Shown one piece after another: positions 15,852 to 18,942 of a stretch of 18,942 nucleotides of DNA. Below the pieces are notes generated by a model. That model did not search any database. It had not been told where the DNA came from and worked only from the letters and a program-made list of their open reading frames with translations. How positions within the stretch are numbered: the stretch's first letter is position 1; the number at the start of each line of letters is the position of its first letter. The stretch is from the UHGV virus genome UHGV-0121731. The stretch is one strand, 5' to 3'. The position numbers and the translations under genes were made by a program. Source of the stretch: a virus.

Positions 15852-16425
15852 CATCAGGCGCGGTGCTGGTATCTGTTGCCTCCACCGCGTCAATGTAATC
15901 CAGCACAGCGTTAAGTCGGGTGGTTTCTGCCTGCGTCAGCTTCCGCCCGGCCCGTAATTTCATCTGAATCAGACTGATGGAAGCCATTGCAGCATCAATC
16001 AGCGACTGGCGCTTTGCTTCTGCCGCGTCTAGTGCGGCGCTATGCTGTGCCTCGGTATCCGTCACCCATTTCTCACCATCCCATTTATCGAATGGCGTTA
16101 ACGGGGCGATAGTGGTTGTATTTTCAGGGTAATCACCCGGAGCTGTGATTTCTTTCGATTCTCCTGTTTCGGTGCTATAGATGATTTCACCGCGATGGTC
16201 TGGTACATATTCCCATGAGTTAAAATCTGCAGAACGGCAGATTGCATAACCAGCTTTATGTGTAACTGGTGCATCTAAACAAGAACATGCCGGGATACCG
16301 ACGCCAACGGCAAGATATTCTGTTGATGATGAAATGTATTCCCGTGTCGTGTTGTCATAGTTATAGACGGTAATATCACCCGCTACTGTGGCAATAAATT
16401 CACTGTTTAATTTTGCCTGTGTCAT
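15823..16425 (-). CDS. Alternative tail fibre assembly chaperone (200 aa), convergent partner inside the invertible segment
   Basis: C-terminus LNAVLDYIDAVEATDTSTAPDVIWPELP shares the same chaperone motif. Its start overlaps the stop of the alternative fibre segment (TAATG). Confidence 0.8.
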   Translation of the reverse strand: MTQAKLNSEFIATVAGDITVYNYDNTTREYISSSTEYLAVGVGIPACSCLDAPVTHKAGYAICRSADFNSWEYVPDHRGEIIYSTETGESKEITAPGDYPENTTTIAPLTPFDKWDGEKWVTDTEAQHSAALDAAEAKRQSLIDAAMASISLIQMKLRAGRKLTQAETTRLNAVLDYIDAVEATDTSTAPDVIWPELPEA

Positions 16426-16926
16426 TATGCAGCCCTCACGATGTAGTTAAATGCAATGTTGCGCGGGCGGGTTTCAGTGCCAATATTCGCTGCATTGTCA
16501 GAAGCAACCCCACGAGTGCTGACAGCTCTTACTGCTGAAGGTAGGCTTTGAGGCTCCCGGTCAGTATAGGCAATCCCCCCATCCCCTCCAGTTGCTAGCG
16601 GAGCATAACTCCCGGCCTGACCAATAGTTGACGATGTTGTATTTGAACCTGTCCAGATCTGCTGGTTATGTGAGTGGTCTCTGAGTGAATGGCCTTGAGA
16701 TGAAAGCAGCGCACGCCCGTTGTCGATACCACGACTATCATCCCATCCACGAATAAACTCACCGCGTAAATCAGGTAATTTATTTGTTGGATAAGCCTTT
16801 GCCAGTTCCGGGTATTCTTCAGCAGAAAATGCCGCACCGTTGCATTTCAGCCAGCCTGTTGGCGGTGTGGCTGAAGGCCATGGAACAGGCACCCCAACAG
16901 GTAATGCTGAGCCTTCTCCCAAACCA
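16425..16926 (-). CDS. Alternative, currently silent tail-fibre C-terminal segment (tail-collar type); expressed only after inversion fuses it to the constant part of H
   Basis: The minus-strand frame crosses the right crossover site and continues ...GLGEGSALPVGVPVPWPSATPPTGWLKCNGAAFSAEEYPELAKAYP..LPDLRGEFIRGWDD, a classic tail-collar fibre motif. It has no promoter or start of its own; the ORF-track Met at 16967 lies outside the segment. Confidence 0.75.
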
Positions 16927-16939
16927 ACGTTTATGAAAA
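16914..16939. other. Right crossover site of the invertible segment (TTCTCCCAAACCAACGTTTATGAAAA)
   Basis: Reverse complement TTTTCATAAACGTTGGTTTGGGAGAA shares its right half exactly with the left site. It lies about 50 bp upstream of the invertase gene. Confidence 0.65.
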
Positions 16940-16988
16940 TGCAGAGATAACGGGCAAGTGGCATCATCTCCGGTTTTTATTCAGGGGG

Positions 16989-17588
16989 ATGCTCATGTTT
17001 ATTGGCTATGTACGCGTATCAACAAATGACCAGAACACGGAATTGCAGCGTAACGCGCTGGAATGCGCGGGATGTGAGCGGATTTTTGAGGACAAAATCA
17101 GCGGCACGAAGTCCGACAGGCCGGGACTGAAAAAACTGCTCAGGACATTATCGGAGGGGGATACACTGGTAGTCTGGAAGCTGGACCGGCTGGGGCGTAG
17201 TATGCGGCATCTGGTCATTCTGGTTGAGGAACTGCGCGAACGTGGCATTAATTTTCGCAGCCTGACGGATGCTATTGATACCAGCACGCCGATGGGGCGT
17301 TTTTTCTTTCATGTGATGGGTGCCCTGGCTGAAATGGAACGAGAACTCATTGTCGAGCGGACTCGGGCCGGGCTGGAAGCGGCCAGAGCCAAAGGTCGTA
17401 TTGGTGGCAGACGTCCTAAACTCACCACGAGTGAGTGGGAGCAGGCCGGGCGTTTGCTGGCTGCAGGGGAGTCACGTCAACGCGTGGCACTGATTTTTGA
17501 TATTGGTCTGTCCACGCTCTATAAAAAATTTCCCTCATCAGCGACAAAGAATAAATTGTGTCATCCCTTAGCCAACCGGGACAAATAG
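16989..17588 (+). CDS. Serine DNA invertase, Gin/Hin/Pin/Cin family (199 aa; alternative ATG at 16995)
   Basis: MLMFIGYVRVSTNDQNTELQRNALECAGCERIFEDKISGTKSDRPGLKKLL...GRIGGRRPKLT is near-identical in pattern to Gin/Pin, with catalytic Ser in the VRVSTNDQ motif and a C-terminal helix-turn-helix. Confidence 0.9.
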   Translation: MLMFIGYVRVSTNDQNTELQRNALECAGCERIFEDKISGTKSDRPGLKKLLRTLSEGDTLVVWKLDRLGRSMRHLVILVEELRERGINFRSLTDAIDTSTPMGRFFFHVMGALAEMERELIVERTRAGLEAARAKGRIGGRRPKLTTSEWEQAGRLLAAGESRQRVALIFDIGLSTLYKKFPSSATKNKLCHPLANRDK

Positions 17589-17647
17589 CCTGACATCTCC
17601 GGCACAACTGAAAATATCACTCACCCATTAACCACGGAGTTAAACGG

Positions 17648-18028
17648 ATGAGTGACTATCATCACGGCGTGCAGGTGCTGGAGATTAACGACGGCACCCG
17701 CGTCATTTCCACCGTATCCACTGCCATTGTCGGCATGGTCTGCACGGCCAGCGATGCGGATGCGGAAACCTTCCCCCTCAATAAACCGGTGCTGATTACC
17801 AATGTGCAGAGTGCAATTGCAAAGGCTGGTAAAAAAGGCACGCTGGCGGCGTCGTTGCAGGCCATCGCTGACCAGTCAAAACCGGTCACCGTTGTCGTGC
17901 GTGTGGAAGACGGCACCGGCGAAGACGAGGAAACGAAACTTGCGCAGACCGTTTCCAATATCATCGGCACCACCGACGAAAACGGCCAGTACACCGGACT
18001 GAAAGCCCTGCTGGCGGCGGAGTCGGTA
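17648..18028 (+). pseudogene. FI: Tail sheath protein (P2 gpFI family), N-terminal ~127 codons only
   Basis: [31 protein letters not shown]... matches the gpFI N-terminus as I remember it, but the frame stops after 146 codons; a full sheath is about 396 aa. Resemblance is lost after ...LLAAESV at about 18028. Confidence 0.7.
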
Positions 18029-18029
18029 A

Positions 18030-18179
18030 GACACCGAGTCGAAAATCTCCGTGGTCTGCACCTATTTCCGGTTGACGATGGACGGTAAGGAGCTGGTCGA
18101 AATCGACACCATCAACATGATTGAGAAGGTGAACGGCGTCGACCGGCTGGAGCAACACCGCCGCAATATCGGCCTGTGA
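18030..18179 (+). pseudogene. FII: Tail tube protein (P2 gpFII family), C-terminal ~49 codons only
   Basis: A different frame reads [49 protein letters not shown] to a stop at 18177-18179, about 56 bp upstream of E, which is where the tube gene ends in P2. There is no start codon. Identity rests on position and on recollection of the tube C-terminus. Confidence 0.5.
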
Positions 18180-18235
18180 TTTTCATACGGTCAGCCAGGC
18201 TGACCGGTTAACCCTGATTCAGAAGTGAGAAAACC

Positions 18236-18511
18236 ATGAACAAAGAAAATGTCATTACCCTGGAAAATCCGGTCAAACGTGGTGAGCAGGTTATCGAACA
18301 GGTCACGCTGATGAAACCCAGTGCCGGGACGCTGCGCGGTGTCAGTCTGGCTGCGGTTGCAAACTCCGAAGTCGATGCACTGATTAAGGTACTGCCGCGC
18401 ATGACGGCACCGATGCTGACCGAGCAGGAGGTCGCCGCGCTGGAACTGCCTGACCTTGTGGCGCTGGCCGGTAAGGTGGTCGGTTTTTTGTCGCCGAACT
18501 CGGTGCAGTGA
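18236..18511 (+). CDS. E: Tail assembly chaperone, P2 gpE family (91 aa)
   Basis: Same size as P2 E, with the slippery heptamer near its 3' end and the tape-measure start overlapping downstream. Confidence 0.85.
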   Translation: MNKENVITLENPVKRGEQVIEQVTLMKPSAGTLRGVSLAAVANSEVDALIKVLPRMTAPMLTEQEVAALELPDLVALAGKVVGFLSPNSVQ

Positions 18512-18663
18512 CGTTTCCGAAAAATCTGTCGGTCGATGACCTGATGGCGGATGTGGCAGTGATATTTCACTGGCCGCCATCAGAACTGTATCCCATGAGC
18601 CTGACCGAACTCATCACATGGCGCGAAAAGGCGCTCCGGCGAAGCGGAAACACGAATGAGTAA
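18236..18663 (+). CDS. E+E' frameshift fusion product (tail chaperone extension)
   Basis: Joining the E frame to the -1 frame at 18484-18490 gives a continuous product ending at TAA 18661-18663, which overlaps the tape-measure ATG at 18656 as in P2. Confidence 0.6.
18484..18490 (+). promoter_or_regulatory. Programmed -1 ribosomal frameshift site T_TTT_TTG producing E+E'
   Basis: A canonical X_XXY_YYZ heptamer in the E frame. The -1 frame is open from here to 18663 and reads VAELGAVTFPKNLSVDDLMADVAVIFHWPPSELYPMSLTELITWREKALRRSGNTNE. Confidence 0.7.
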
Positions 18664-18892
18664 CAATGTAAAATTACAGGTATTGCTCAGGGCTGTTGAC
18701 CAGGCATCCCGCCCATTTAAATCCATCCGTACAGCGAGTAAGTCGCTGTCGGGGGATAAGCGCGTCATAGACGAGCAGGACTGGACAATCACTAAGGTGA
18801 CACATTTTCTGAATAATAGCGGCTTCACGACGTCCCTGGAGCTTGAGGTCAGGCTTTCTGATGTGGAGTACGAAACAGAAGATGATGAGTGA
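18656..18892 (+). pseudogene. In-frame fusion remnant: tape-measure (gpT) N-terminal ~34 codons joined to the gpD C-terminal ~44 codons
   Basis: MSNNVKLQVLLRAVDQASRPFKSIRTASKSLSGD has the gpT start character, but the ORF is only 78 aa; a tape measure is over 800 aa. The tail ...WTITKVTHFLNNSGFTTSLELEVRLSDVEYETEDDE is followed by AT-rich non-coding DNA as expected after the last tail gene D. The D assignment is from memory and position. Confidence 0.55.
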
Positions 18893-18942
18893 TGTATTTA
18901 TTTTATCTGTTTGTTTTATAAGGATAAATTAACTAAAATGGC

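Larger units (their letters stand above)
15038..16939. other. Invertible tail-fibre segment (about 1.9 kb; Mu G / P1 C / e14 P type)
   Basis: Bounded by inverted 26-bp crossover sites. Contains two convergent sets of tail-fibre C-terminus plus assembly chaperone, with a serine invertase gene immediately outside. Confidence 0.7.

Noticed and set aside
15387-15893. 168-aa minus-strand ORF antisense to the tail-fibre assembly gene
   Set aside because: Overlaps a well-supported chaperone gene and lacks the conserved chaperone C-terminal motif that both true chaperone genes have.
18189-18205. Hairpin GGTCAG-ccagg-CTGACC between the tube remnant and E as a terminator
   Set aside because: No T-run follows it and E must be co-transcribed with upstream tail genes in P2-like operons; more likely incidental.
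18191-18580. Two minus-strand ORFs (129 and 120 aa) antisense to E
   Set aside because: Antisense to the conserved E/E' recoding region; treated as spurious.
1-18942. CRISPR arrays, tRNA or rRNA genes, insertion sequences
   Set aside because: No regularly spaced direct repeats with unique spacers, no cloverleaf-like segment, and no transposase-like ORF with terminal inverted repeats were seen. The only site-specific recombination features are the phage integrase and the fibre invertase.

Overview
This window is almost a whole, heavily deleted P2-like prophage, read from its integrase end. Order: int (-), immunity repressor C (-), cox and small early genes, rolling-circle replication gene A, a ~3.7 kb low-GC cargo island at the position where P2 carries tin/old (a known defence hotspot), the cos site, portal gene Q (-), then baseplate and tail-fibre genes V-W-J-I-H with a Gin/Hin-type invertible tail-fibre segment and its serine invertase, and tail chaperone E with its -1 frameshift extension E'. 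Three internal deletions are inferred: terminase P fused to S (capsid and lysis block lost), sheath FI fused to tube FII, and tape-measure T fused in frame to the C-terminus of D. The element therefore cannot make particles, yet its regulatory, replication and cargo genes are intact. The cargo island is the best candidate for an undescribed system: four co-directional overlapping genes encoding a small single-TM protein, two small helical proteins and a 645-aa SMC/Rad50-like ABC ATPase with a central CxxC...CxxC hook. It does not look like P2 Old or any named ATPase-nuclease pair I can recognise by eye; the architecture is reminiscent of ABC-three-component systems. All calls come from reading the supplied translations and the nucleotide sequence and from remembered family features; no database search was run.
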